DNA of 64,000 nt from Macrostomum lignano. Its lineage: Eukaryota. Location of the stretch: NCBI GenBank assembly GCA_002269645.1, contig NIVC01002206.1, positions 62,001 through 126,000 on the forward strand, given 5' to 3'. Each line of letters opens with the position of its first letter. The stretch's first letter is position 1. The position numbers and the translations under genes were made by a program. This document shows positions 1 to 16,574 of the stretch, in pieces. The notes below the pieces were generated by a model. The model searched no databases, was not told the origin of the DNA, and worked only from the letters and a program-made list of their open reading frames with translations.

Positions 1-1676
<1,676 letters not shown>

Positions 1677-3504
1677 AGCAAATTGGGGAAGTTCAGTTGC
1701 TCCGCTTCGAGTCCAGGTGTTCAGACGTCCTGGGCTGGGAGCACGCGCGCCAGCCAAGCAAATCAAACATTCCCATTCTGGCTATCAGGGCCGGACCGCT
1801 GGCCCCCCGCTGAGCTCCGAAGTTCAGACGCGGAATTGCAGATTCCTTCAAGGCGGCATAGGCGGGCACACTGAAAGTGTGTGTTTGCGCTTCATCAAGC
1901 CGGCCCCCAATTTCCCCTTCACCTGTCACTCAGCGTGCAAGTCCGCACACCATACTTAGAGCTGACTCATTGCCCCAAAGACTACAGCAGCTCGATTTCT
2001 ATATTTGGAGCCAGCAACTCCTTCCTTGGTGTCTTTTACTGTTTGTTTTTTGTCGCAAGCCCGCGTTCTACTAAGACTAGCTGTATATGCATAGGCCTGT
2101 CTGTTGCAACACCTGTGCAGACAGCAGAAAGGTAAGCAAATACGCGGACAGGGCCAGCAGGGAATTAGGCTTCTGTTAAAACAAATAGCTAATCAAGACG
2201 GGCCTGATCGGACTTGAAAGCGGAGGGGATATTTGTCCCCAGACTTTATTGCGGCCCGTTGGGATTTTTCGGGGGAAAAACGTTTTTTTTCACTTTTCTT
2301 TTATAAACAAACAATAGAGACAAAAATTTGGACAGGTTTTAGAAGCAACGGAAGATGGAAACAGGGGGCGCCGTGACATTTTGGTGATCCACACTTTTTC
2401 AGCTGTCATTTTTAATGTGTTTTACATGTTTGCTGAGGAGTGTCGCGGTCCCACAGTTGAAGGAACTCGGTGCATCGGGTCGCTGAGGATGTAGAAGTGT
2501 CCCACGCCACTGCTGAATACTTTTTACCCCAATAAACTTATCTTGAACCTTCAAGTTCACGGCTCACTTGAACTTTTATGAAGCTAACTAAGGGTGAAAA
2601 TGTTTACAGTGAATTACTTCTGCACCGAATAGGGACAAAGATTCCAGTACAAAGACTGCTCCAGATCCTGCCCCTCACGGTACTTCACAATTGAAGATAA
2701 GCGCCTTCCGTGGAAATGAGAGTTTCAAAGACTCTGTCTGTCCTATTGTGCGAGACCTTATATTTTTTCTCAATATTTCTGAGTGGAGCATAAGCCGAGG
2801 ACAGTCGGTGGGGGAGGGGTGATTGAGAAGGCTCAAAATCTTTGTGAAGTTATCGGCAAAATGACAAACAGTGACGTGACGTGACAGCACAGTAGGTAGA
2901 TCAGGTAGATGGGGGCTGGGGGACCGGACCCCCGCCAACAGGAATTCTCGGGGATAATTTCGTGAATTCAATTTGAAGTGGATGATGGAGATTCTTCCGA
3001 GCCCCGCTGTTTACCTTTTAGCAATTTGGTTAAGCCTCATCTAAGTAAAGTAGAAATAATGCTCTGTATCCAAGGCACAAGTCCGTCAGAGTTCTAGCTT
3101 TTTTTCGGGGGGGGGGGTTTGACGGTGGGATTTTAATGCAAAGCAAACAATCTGATGACAGCAAGAGCCGAGCCGATTGACGGTTGACTCCCTCAGCGGA
3201 TTGAAAATATGAGATGAGCTGCGTGCGTGAAGTATATTTTTTTATGATTAGAAATAAAAAACTTCGTTTTTTTTGTCGAAGCCGGTCCCGTCAAAGTCGT
3301 GCGGACAGATCCGGGGGGGGGGGGAGTTGCCAGGCAGCGACTGACTGGCTGCTCTGCGGCTTAGTTAAAGGGGATCAGAATGGCGGTTTCTTTTTATTGG
3401 GATCATATTTGCTTTTGGCAGCCTGGTTGAAGTTTGACTGTCTCAAATATTCGCTATATGTTGCAATTGAAGCCAGTGTTATCGCTCAAATGGTAATCGG
3501 CCCA

Positions 3505-4292
3505 TCTTGACGGAAATCCTTAAATCACAAATCGAATTTCGGTCAGTAAAGATTCGGGTTGGTGAAGATTCGGGTTGGGGAAGATTCGGGTTGGCGAAGA
3601 TTCGGGTTGGTGAAGATTCGGGTTGGTGAAGATTCGGGTTGGTGAAGATTCGGGTTGGTAAATATTTTGGATGGTGAAGATTCAGGTTGGGGAAGATTCG
3701 GGTTAAGGAAGATTCGGGTTGGCGAAGATTCGGGTTGGTGAAGCTTCGGGTTGGTGAAGATTCGGGTCTTGACGGAAATCCTTAAATCACAAATCGAATT
3801 TCGGTCAGTAAAGATTCGGGTTGGTGAAGATTCGGGTTGGGGAAGATTCGGGTTGGCGAAGATTCGGGTTGGTGAAGATTCGGGTTGGTGAAGATTCGGG
3901 TTGGTGAAGATTCGGGTTGGTAAATATTTTGGATGGTGAAGATTCAGGTTGAGGAAGATTCGGGTTAAGGAAGATTCGGGTTGGCGAAGATTCGGGTTGG
4001 TGAAGCTTCGGGTTGGTGAAGATTCGGGTTGGTGAAGATTCGGGTTGGTGAAGATTCGGGTTGGTGAAGATTCGGGTTGGTGAAGATTCGGGTTGGTGAA
4101 GATTCGGGTTGGTGAAGACTCGGGTTGGTGAAGATTCTGGATGGGAAAGATTAGGGTTGGTGAAGATTCGGGTTGTTGAAGATTCGGGTTGGTGAATATT
4201 TTGGATGGTGAAGATTCTGTTTGGTTGTAGATTCTGTTTAGTGAATATTCGGGTTGGTGAACCCTCGGGTTGGTGACGATTCGGGTTGTAAT
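3505..4292. repeat. 16-bp minisatellite (GAAGATTCGGGTTGGT)n with a 262-bp duplication including the unique flank
   Basis: Unit read directly. The flank TCTTGACGGAAATCCTTAAATCACAAATCGAATTTCGGTCAGTAAA occurs at 3505 and again at 3767. Confidence 0.95.
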
Positions 4293-4907
4293 AAAACAGT
4301 TTTAAGAATCGCATGCTACCAAGGAGCATATGGCCCGAGTTCCCTGCGCGCCCATTGCACAGCCAAAGGATTTTTACAATTTACATATATTATAATTGGG
4401 ATTCTGAGTTTCTCTTAGAATCCCAAAGCAAACACAGGTCCGGGCTCCGCGCCACCCCACCATGCCGTTTGACAGTTGGGATTTAGACCCCTTCGAAGAT
4501 CTATTTGGGAGTCAAGGCAAAGGCTTATATATTCATATAACATAGATTCCGTGAGAATTCTGGTTGCCAGATGGCGGACCAGCCCCCTACAGCTGCAGAG
4601 CAATGGGTACCATTAAAATAACTATATGGTATTTCTTCAGCTTGGAGATGGCCGCTCTATAAAAACACGTAGCTGCAATGGGCTTTGAAATTCTATAGAG
4701 GCACATCGAGTTTCGGTTTCAATTAGTTATATACGACATCCCAGTGTGAGACGCTGGGAAGCTGCGGATGAAGCTGCGGAGATATTGACTGCCACACTGC
4801 GGTGCGCTTGCACCCTACTGGTTCGAACTTTTAGCGAACTCTGAAACTGAGGAACCAGCTAGTCGTGAATATCCCTTCTCTCTGTTCTTTTCTCTCCCAC
4901 TGACTCC

Positions 4908-6058
4908 CACTGACACTTTCACTAATATTCTCACTGACTCTCTCACTGACTCTCTCACTGACTCTCTCACTGACTCTCTCACTGACTATCTCACTGACTC
5001 TCTCACTGACTCTCTCACTGACTCTCCCACTGACTCTCTCACTGACTCTCTCACTGACTCTCTCACTGACTCTCTTACTGACTCTCTCACTGACTCTCTC
5101 ACTGACTCTCTCACTGACTCTCTCACTGACTCTCTCACTGACTCTCTCACTGACTCTCTTACTGACTCTCTCACTGACTCTCTCACTGACTCTCTCACTG
5201 ACTCTCTCACTGACTCTCTCACTGACTCTCTCACTGACTCTCTTACTGACTCTCTCACTGACTCTCTCACTGACTCTCTCACTGACTCTCTCACTGACTC
5301 TCTCACTGACTCTCTCACTGACTCTCTCACTGACTCTCTCACTGACTCTCCCACTGACTCTCTCACTGACTCTCTCACTGACTCTCACTGACTCTCTCAC
5401 TGACTCTCTCACTGACTCTCTCACTGACTCTCTCACTGACTCTCTCACTGACTCTCTCACTGACTCTCTCACTGACTCTCTCACTGACTCTCTCACTGAC
5501 TCTCTCACTGACTCTCTCACTGACTCTCTCACTGACTCTCTCACTGACTCTCTCACTGACTCTCTCACTGACTCTCTCACTGACTCTCTCACTGACTCTC
5601 TCACTGACTCTCTCACTGACTCTCTCACTGACTCTCCCACTGACTCTCTCACTGACTCTCTCACTGACTCTCTCACTGACTCTCTCACTGACTCTCACTG
5701 ACTCTCTCACTGACTCTCTCACTGACTCTCTCACTGACTCTCTCACTGACTCTCTCACTGACTCTCTCACTGACTCTCTCACTGACTCTCTCACTGACTC
5801 TCTCACTGACTCTCTCACTGACTCTCTCACTGACTCTCTCACTGACTCTCTCACTGACTCTCCCACTGACTCTCTCACTGACTCTCCCACTGACTCTCTC
5901 ACTGACTCTCTCACTGACTCTCTCACTGACTCTCTCACTGACTCTCCCACTGACTCTCTCACTGACTCTCTCACTGACTCTCTCACTGACTCTCTCACTG
6001 ACTCTCTCACTGACTCTCCCACTGACTCTCTCACTGACTCTCTCTCTCTCTCTCTTAC
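4908..6058. repeat. 12-bp minisatellite (CACTGACTCTCT)n
   Basis: About 95 near-identical units, with two shortened units near 5385 and 5695 that shift the phase. Confidence 0.98.
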
Positions 6059-6596
6059 TGAGCCCCATGTCTCACTTTCACCGAATGCTGCAGTGAAACG
6101 CAGTCCATCCGTACCGAACGCAAAAGCGCACAAAATAATACGCTTGGATTTGTATACACATCCAAGCCCAAACACATTCAGTTCAGACTGTAAAACCGCA
6201 GAGACAGGTTTGATACAATACTGTATAAGCCTCCAACAATATAAACAATCCTGACTCCACAAGTGCGCGCTAAATTGTAGCAACACATCCGTAAATCCTG
6301 CAGACTACCTATAGTGTGTAATGCATGATGTCTGACTATCAGAAATCTGAGCAAGACCTTGAAACACCTGCTAACTCTACCAAGCAGCGCGCAGTTGGTA
6401 AAATGTTTAGACAGCCTCCCCTTCCTCAGTGAGTTGTGTTGTAGTGGAATTAACCATAGAGCTGATTAAACAGAACTTAAAATATTGGATTGCAATCCCT
6501 ATTCTACCTAGAATATGCTTTCAGCCTTCTTAGTCTCAGTAGGAGTGGCATTGTGACAAGCAGCTAATTGCAGCCGGCATACAAAACCAGTCGTCT

Positions 6597-8270
6597 GTAG
6601 CTGTAGCTGGTAGCCCTTCTGTAGCTGGCGCCTCCTCAGTAGCTGGCGCCCTCTCGGTAGCTGGCGCCCTCTCTTACACTGGCGCCCTCTCTTACACTGG
6701 CGCCCTCTCTTACACTGGCGCCCTCTCTTACACTGGCGCCCTCTCTTACACTGGCGCCCTCTCTTACACTGGCGCCCTCTCGGTAGCTGGCGCCCTCTCT
6801 TACACTGGCGCCCTATCTTACACTGGCGCCCTCTCTTACACTGGCGCCCTCTCTTACACTGGCGCCCCCTCAGTAGCTGGCGCCCCCTCAGTAGCTGGCG
6901 CCCCCTCTGTAGCTGGCGCCCCCTCTGTAGCCCGCGCCCTCTCTGTAGCTGGCGCCCTTTCTACAGCTGGCGCCCTCTCTGTAGCTGGCGCCCTCTCTGT
7001 AGCTGGCGCCCTCTCTGTAGCTGGGGCCCTCTCTGTAGCTGGCGCCCCTCTGTAGCTGGCGCCCCCTCTGTAGCTGGCACCCCCTCTGTAGCTCGCGCCC
7101 TCTCGGTAGCTGGCGCCCTCTCTTACACTGGCGCCCCCTCTGTAGCTGGCGCCCCCTCTGTAGCTCGAACCCTCTCTGTAGCTGGCGCCCCTCTGTAGCT
7201 GGCGTCCCCTCTGTAGCTGGCACCCCCTCTGTAGCTCGCGCCCTCTCGGTAGCTGGCGCCCTCTCTTACACTGGCGCCCCCCCTGTAGCTGGCGCCCCCT
7301 CTGTAGCTCGAACCCTCTCTGTAGCTGGCGCCCCTCTGTAGCTGGCGTCCCCTCTGTAGCTGGCACCCCCTCTGTAGCTCGCGCCCTCTCGGTAGCTGGC
7401 GCCCTCTCTTACACTGGCGCCCTCTCTTACACTGGCGCCCTCTCTTACACTGGCGCCCTCTCTGTGGCTGGCGCCCCCTCTGTAGCTGGCGCCCCCTCTG
7501 TAGCCCGCGCCCTCTCTGTAGCTGGCACCCCCTCTGTAGCTCGCGCCCTCTCGGTAGCTGGCGCCCTCTCTTACACTGGCGCCCTCTCTTACACTGGCGC
7601 CCTCTCTTACACTGGCGCCCCCTCTGTAGCCCGCGCCCTCTCTGTAGCTGGCGCCCTCTCTACAGCTGGCGCCCTCTCTGTAGCTGGCGCCCTCTCTGTA
7701 GCTGGCGCCCTCTCTGTAGCTGGCGCCCTCTCTGTAGCTGGCGCCCTCTCTTACACTGGCGCCCTCTCTTACACTGGCGCCCCCTCTGTAGCCCGCGCCC
7801 TCTCTGTAGCTGGCGCCCTCTCTACAGCTGGCGCCCTCTCTGTAGCTGGCGCCCTCTCTGTAGCTGGCGCCCTCTCTGTAGCTGGGGCCCTCTCTGTAGC
7901 TGGCGCCCCTCTGTAGCTGGCGCCCCCTCTGTAGCTGGCACCCCCTCTGTAGCTCGCGCCCTCTCGGTAGCTGGCGCCCTCTCTTACACTGGCGCCCCCT
8001 CTGTAGCTGGCGCCCCCTCTGTAGCTCGAACCCTCTCTGTAGCTGGCGCCCCTCTGTAGCTGGCGCCCCCTCTGTAGCTGGCACCCCCTCTGTAGCTCGC
8101 GCCCTCTCGGTAGCTGGCGCCCTCTCTTACACTGGCGCCCCCTCTGTAGCTGGTGCCCCCTCTGTAGCTCGCGCCCTCTCTGTGGCTGGCGCCCCCTCTG
8201 TAGCTGGCGCCCCCTCTGTAGCTGGCGCCCCCTCTGTAGCTGGCGCCCCCTCTGTAGCTGGCGCCCTCTC
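6597..8270. repeat. 17-18-bp GC-rich minisatellite (TGTAGCTGGCGCCCTCTC and variants) with higher-order structure
   Basis: Variant units (TTACACTGGCG, GTAGCTCGAAC, GTAGCCCGCG) recur in blocks. The rare TAGCTCGAAC marker occurs at 7161, 7304 and 8022. Confidence 0.97.
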
Positions 8271-8911
8271 ATGAGAAATGAGGACTGGAATCTAGATATT
8301 CCAGCTCCTGCTTCAAGGCACCTCCTTGATCAGATTGACCATCAGAAACCGTTCCAAGAGACGCCACCACACCATTTGTATATTTGTCTTTTCTCCTGAC
8401 AGCCAAGAACTGAGGAAAACCCTACACCTCAGTATACTAGCTTCATCTGCAGCTTCCATCTTGACAATCCTTGCATATAAACGAAGTTTTTTTTCGCTCT
8501 CTACAACCTCACCTTGACATTTTTGTGACAGTTGCAGAAGTCCCAGAAATTCGGTTAGGAAAAAATAGTTGAAAGAGGGGGCCGTTGTGAAAACAAAAGA
8601 AGCCCAAAATGGCCCGGCTCGGGAGCTCGGATTCTGCTGGACGACTGACTTCCCGATCCTGTCCGATGGAGAGTCCCCGCCGTTCACAGCTGGAGACCGC
8701 GGGACACTGCTGTAGTGGATGCATTCGGTTTAGAACCAGCAGCTTAGCTTCATTATGCAGTCGTCTCATTTCAACTCAAGAGAGGGGGGGCGATCGCTCC
8801 GTTTATGTTGCAGTTGAAACAATAAACTGACAGCAGCGAGAGGCGAAACTGATTTCTGAATGACTGAAAATTCCAAAAGCCTATTTGATTTTTAGGCAAG
8901 CATTGCATCAG

Positions 8912-9400
<489 letters not shown>

Positions 9401-11007
9401 GCTTTTCTAAGGCCGCTACCATGACTCAAATAGGAGAATATTCAAATTTCCAGTATGAGCAAACACTGGCGGTAATTTCCGGACAGCCCCAGTAGTTCGA
9501 GAGTCTCGTCTTCGCTTAGTTTTTTCTACAGATGTCTGGCCGCCTGCCAACTCAAGCCCGGGCTAGCAGCGGGTGAGTGGAGCGGCCGGATTCCAGGGCT
9601 GGGGCGGCCTGGGAAACCCGGGGGTCGCCACTGCTGCTGGCCGCAGCCTGACTCGGTAGCCACCCCCCCCCCTGCCAAGAGAAAACTGAAGAAACTGAGA
9701 AGAGCAAAAAACGTACGAAACAGAAATTTGCAGCTGCCCTGACCGACTCCGACCCACCGCCCCCTGTGTGTGTTTTTATTTGCGAGTTCACGCATGCTCT
9801 GTTTCCGGTTGAGTTGAGCAACAGCCACAGCATTCCGCTCAGGAAAAAACTGGCTATTGACTGACAGATCGGGTCAGGTGCTGTCGCTATATGAGTTGAT
9901 GTATTATTGTTATTATTACTCAAGGTGGCTCTGTGACTCGATCGCAGTCCTGGAAACTGGAGCAGACCGGTATGCAGGGTTAGGCTGCCTGGTGAACGAT
10001 TTGATGGACATCTCAGAGGCGCCATCAACAAGACCATTCTCTCTCTCTGAGAGTGAGCGCTTAGGTCTAGGGGGGGGGGGAGTTATATATGGGGAAGTTT
10101 TTTCAGCCTAATTTTATTCGCACACGACAAGAAAAGGTGCTAAAAAACCGAAGCCTCAGTTGGTGCAACTCCGCCCTCAAAGCCAGTCTTTATACCATAG
10201 ACGTCTGTCTATGCAGAGCTGCCTCTCGAGAGTCTATTTCTACGAGTATGCAGTTCGATAAAAATTCTACTTGAAAATTCCACGCCGAAGCACCTGCGCC
10301 CGCCCGGTCGGCCAGTGCCTCCCGGGTTGCGCGACTGTGCTCATCTGAGTTCGAGAGTAGTTTGGAGAGTTTTCACGTCGCTCTCCCGACTTGAAACTCG
10401 GCGACCAACCCCATCTGAGGATTGGCCCATAAACTAACTGTCTGGCCGGGTCGCGGCGGCAATTCCTTCCTTCCTTAACTGGCGGTTGCCATGGCTCGGC
10501 ATCGCCCGCCTGTGTCGGCTTTCCTTCAGACTCAAAGGTTTTGTTTGACTGTCGGTGAGGCGGGTGGGGGGGGGGTCAATTATTCGCTGTGTTGGCGCCC
10601 TGGCTGCCTGCCGGAGTCTCCATATGCTTCGCTGACTCTTCCTTGGCCTGGGCCACCGCCCCGCCGTGGCAGATAGCGGCAGCCCAAAACCCGAGCCGGG
10701 GCAGACGGGACACTCGACGCACTAATTTAAATATCGATTCGCTGGAGTTGGTCCTCAGGCGCGGGGCACGCGCCACCGCCCTTTTTAGTTGGGGCTGTCA
10801 GCGAGCGGAGGGAACACCCGATCGGCGACCGCCTGTGCAAGGTGTTGGTACCCGCCTGTCCTGCGCTGGGTGGCAACTAACGCCTAATTATGGAATCGAT
10901 TGCTGAGAGACTGATCAAGTCAAGACTAAAGAGATAGCGAGATTGACTGTCTGACACTGCTGGATACCCACCTCCATCAGTTGGGGCTGACGGATCTATG
11001 AATTTAT

Positions 11008-11031
11008 TGACAGGCAGGCAGACAGACAGAG

Positions 11032-11071
<40 letters not shown>

Positions 11072-11262
11072 TGACAGACAGACAGACAGACAGGCAGGCA
11101 GGCAGACAGACAGACAGACAGACAGACAGATAGACAGGCAAGCAGACAGACAGACAGACAAACAGACACTAAGACAGACACAAAGACAGACAGGCAGACA
11201 GACAGGCAAGCAGGCAGGCAGGCAGGCAGGCAGGCAGACAGACAGACAGACAGACAGACAGA
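11008..11262. repeat. (GACA)n/(GGCA)n microsatellite
   Basis: Direct inspection. Confidence 0.95.
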
Positions 11263-12733
11263 GAAAATGCTCAACGTCCTCAATCGGAAACTAACTCAAA
11301 TCTGCTGAAAAAAGGTAAATTCATAGTTGCCAAAGCAACAGTAATTAAATAAACAGGATAAAAGACTCTCAGGTCTGGTCTGCGCAATCAGAAACGGCAA
11401 CTAAATAATAAGACGCAGGAGTTGCGCAAACAGTTCGTTTTTCTTCTTTTTCGACTCCGCCACCCTGCGGCTGCCCCAGCAACCCTTCTGCATTGTTCTC
11501 CGTATCTCTGCCCTTTCAGTCCTAATCGTTCTCAAACTGCGGACTTTCTTGCGCAAGCAGAGTTTGCCAGTAGGCATTGACGCAATCAAAATTGCGTTGA
11601 TCATTCTCTGTCTCCGTCTGATTCTCTCAAGCCAGTTGGTGACAAAACCTGCGCGTTATCAATCTCCAGCCGCCCCTGCTGAGTACGATGGAGCAGGTGC
11701 AGGGTCGTCTTCATAGCACTTTTTTCCGCCCTCATCACAGCCCTCCCGCTAAGAGCTGTCAAAGGCTCGGCAGTCTAATTCTCTTCGAGCTCTTGCTCCA
11801 ATACCCAATTTTCCCCAATTAACGCGCAGCAGTAGGAAGCCAGTGAAAGGGTTTTGGTTTTAGAGGGGTTCGAGGGGAAACCCCGCCTCAGGGAACACCT
11901 GTTACTTTCAGATTTCTTTCACTTATAATATATAAATTTGGGCGCCTTTTAGCCTGTGTCTGGGCGCCTGACAGGGAGCCTCTGTGCCCTCTCTGGCCTG
12001 GGACTGGCAATGGGAGACCCCAGATGGGAGGCGGCGAAGGTTCAAGCGGAAGGAAGCACAATCAGGCTCGGGGGGCTCAGAGACGACAGAAAGGACGGGG
12101 CAACCCCCTCATCCCAAGCCCGCCCAGCCCGGCCAAAAACCCCTAATTGGTATCAGGTTATTTTCGCCGCGATTGTCTATGGTCTGAGGGGGCTGAGGGG
12201 GGGGGCGACGATTTTTTCGGTCCCATTAATACCATAGACAGACAGACAGACAGCCTTTTTCTCTCTCGCTCGCTATCTATTCAGCAGGAAATGGGGGGGC
12301 CCATTTTCCTCTTTTAGTCCCGTCTCCTATTTCTGTATTTGCCACCTTCGGTGGGGAGGGAGGCGGAGGGGGAGTGGCACGCACGCGCGTCTGTCCGCTG
12401 AGAGACCACCTGCTGCGCTGCTGTGCCCCCCCCCCCGGGCTGGCAGGTGTCCCCTCAGGCAACTTTCGGGACTTCGGAGCTGTTGCACGAGGCGTGAGAA
12501 ATTCGATAATTATTATATATTCTTAGAGGCATAATGAAATGATAAGAATTAGAAATTTTATAAGCAAACGAAATCAGAGGAGACTGTTGACTGACGAATA
12601 AGATTTTAAAATGAGCTTCTCTCGCAAGGGCTGACAGAAATTTTGACGAAAATTGATTGACTTGACTGACAGTTAGTGGCTGGAATGAGCGATAGTTCTG
12701 AACAGCAGATATCAGACTGCGTACATGTCAGTG

Positions 12734-13540
12734 TGTCAGATGCTACTGTGTCAGGAAGTTATAGGTGACGCAATAAAATGTGTCAGATGCTACTGTGTCA
12801 GGAAGTTATAGGTGACGCAATAAAATGTGTCAGATGCTACTGTGTCAGGAAGTTATAGGTGACGCAATAAAATGTGTCAGATGCTACTGTGTCAGGAAGT
12901 TATAGGTGACGCAATAAAATGTGTCAGATGCTACTGTGTCAGGAAGTTATAGGTGACGCAATAAAATGTGTCAGATGCTACTGTGTCAGGAAGTTCTAGG
13001 TAACGCAATAAAATGTGTCAGATGCTACTGTGTCAGGAAGTTATAGGTGACGCAATAAAATGTGTCAGATGCTACTGTGTCAGGAAGTTATAGGTGACGC
13101 AATAAAATGTGTCAGATGCTACTGTGTCAGGAAGTTATAGGTGACGCAATAAAATGTGTCAGATGCTACTGTGTCAGGAAGTTATAGGTGACGCAATAAA
13201 ATGTGTCAGATGCTACTGTGTCAGGAAGTTATAGGTGACGCAATAAAATGTGTCAGATGCTACTGTGTCAGGAAGTTATAGGTGACGCAATAAAATGTGT
13301 CAGATGCTACTGTGTCAGGAAGTTATAGGTGACGCAATAAAATGTGTCAGATGCTACTGTGTCAGGAAGTTATAGGCGACGCAATAAAATGTGTCAGGTA
13401 ATATTGTGTCAGGAAGTTCTACATGACGCGATAGAATGTGTCAGGTAATATTGTGTCAGGAAGTTCTACATGACGCGATAGAATGTGTCAGGTAATATTG
13501 TGTCAGGAAGTTCTACATGACGCGATAGAATGTGTCAGGT
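12734..13540. repeat. 47-bp tandem repeat, 17 units (14 type A followed by 3 type B)
   Basis: Type A is TGTCAGATGCTACTGTGTCAGGAAGTTATAGGTGACGCAATAAAATG. Type B, from 13392, is TGTCAGGTAATATTGTGTCAGGAAGTTCTACATGACGCGATAGAATG. Confidence 0.98.
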
Positions 13541-14021
13541 AGAAGACACAAGAGATGGTGCGAGACAATAAAGATTAGAAAATCCTTCTCAAGTCACGGA
13601 TCCAAGTCCAACGCGCTAACTACAAGCACTAATTCTGTGGACTGCAGGGGAAACCAGCAAGTTTCACCCAGACCGGACGAAGCGCTTCTCCATTGAAAGT
13701 ATCAAATTTCTATTAATAGCAATACACATAAAAAAGTCGAAATGTATTGAGGACGTGACAAATGCAGAGTTGCAGAATTTGATACACCACCAGCTGCTGA
13801 GCACTATAACATTTTTAGGGATAAGATCTGCATCAGTTCTAGCCCGAACAAATTAGCTAAGCAGTATTTTCATGCACGACTGGCTGCAGATTTGGTGTAA
13901 TCAGATAGCGCAGAGCAGTTTGTAGAAATTCAAATTTGTGCATTGATTGACATTGTAGGTGGAGTTAAGTTAAAAAACAAATATGCAGAAATTTATTCGT
14001 TTTTGCAATATCAGCTTACCA

Positions 14022-14787
<766 letters not shown>

Positions 14788-16574
14788 TTTTTTCAAGAAA
14801 TATTCAGCCCTATTAATCATATTTCATAATTATGTTAAAAGTAAAACATTAGGGACGGAGAACAATCGAGCAAACAGGTCTTCTGTTTGACAGCAATTAG
14901 ATTTGCTCCTAGTCAAAGCAATTGAGCCCATTCGTTTACTGTTCGAGAGGGCAGCCACCTTCTCGCAATAGTGAGGTGCTCAGGTTGAGCAGAGCAAATT
15001 GAGAAATTAAAATGAAAATCCAGTTTAACAGCTCCCAATTCTCTTTGACCAACCCTTCGGGTCCGCCATTATCCGCGACGCTTTTCTCCTTCCTCTCTTG
15101 TTCTGCTCTCTGCTTTTAGAAGAGGGCCACAGCCACCAATTGGTCTGATTTTGTCCCGCTACGACAGGCACCGAAGTGCTTTTGCCGGCCACTCAAACCG
15201 GCCACTCAGCGCTAAGGCCCGCCCGCGCCATGTTTGCCTCCTGCTTTCGCTCGGACTAAAGGGTCACTCTTCTAATAGCAGAAGCAGCAAAAGCAGTTTA
15301 AGCATACAGAAGCCTCTTATACAATTCTGGTTTGGCGGGTTTTTGAAGCTTCGAGTGTATAAGTTCCATTGTTTAACGCATTGTACCTGGCTTTAATGAG
15401 CGTCTGCAGCGCAGTCAGGCACTCGCGGGAGGGGGGGGGGTTCAACCGTGACCGGCGAGTTTAACCCGCAGGCGTTTGACTGTAAATGATTGCGCAATCA
15501 AGAGACTTAACAGTATATACACACACATACGACTATAGGCATACATTCGCATAAGGTTTGCGCAAGCCCAAAGGCGGCCAAAGTTCCGCCCAGGTCTTGC
15601 ATGCAATTAATTATCAGAGAGCATTTTAAGCCCGTGCGGAGGAGGAGGAGGACTGAGAGCTTGGAGTCCGATTACCATTGACGCCGGCAGCAGCTGGGAT
15701 TTCTCCCATGTCTGCCCCCCCATCGAAAAGCTGACACTTCAATAACTTCGGGTACGCAGATTTCTAAAGCTTCAAAATAATATTGGAGAAAAAATCTAGT
15801 AGCAGACATGCTTGGAAGAATTATTGCTTGCTTGTCTGCTTTTAGTTGTAAAACACCTTGGAACCTTGAAAGTAAATTACATTCTCACACTGCCAGGTGC
15901 TTCTTGACAGAAAAAGCAGACACCCATGCCCAACTGAGTGTGTGTCGATTCTTAGACAATAAAGTTTCTGTTACAGCTGCTGCTGCTGCTGCTGCTGCTT
16001 CCTCTCCACTATCTGGGTCACCGCATGACCGGTCTGTGCTCAGAATTTGGAAACCATGTTTCTCCCTCTGTGCTTGTCTGTCTGTCTGCCCCTGCCCAGC
16101 GCCCCTCCACTGGCCTTCTCTCGTGTCGTCTGGTCTCCTCTAATCTCTCCGCTCGTCGTTCGCTTCCGCATTTCCTTTTTAATCTTCTGCTTCGGGGAGT
16201 GGGGGGGGGCATCCGAAAGCGAGCAGGCTGATTTCAGTTCAGGCTTTATCCCAAGGCACGGCACGCGCACACATTAATCACTTCCGATTGAATTGCTAAT
16301 GAGGGGGGAGCCACGGAGGGCCCCAAATCCTCCCATCTCTGCACCCTGAAACTCGCTCGATTTTATTGCTGTGGAACACTGGCTGGGCGGCCTCATCGTC
16401 CAGGATCTCTAGGATAGCCCTAATCGACATTAAAAGCCGTCTTGCGCTGGCCTGAATGCCGTGTTTCCTTATCCAACAATGCTGGAGGTGATTCACGAAT
16501 TCACAATCTCCAATAGCCCCTAATTTACAAGCCCCGAAGTTAACGTTTGGAAAAAACATTAAAATCTCCGAGCT

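Noticed and set aside
11401-11604. Basic 67-aa ORF, a possible transposon remnant
   Set aside because: It has no diagnostic motif.
12734-13540. CRISPR-like appearance of the 47-bp array (also the 42-bp and 44-bp arrays)
   Set aside because: The units are contiguous and identical with no unique spacers, there are no cas genes and the context is eukaryotic.
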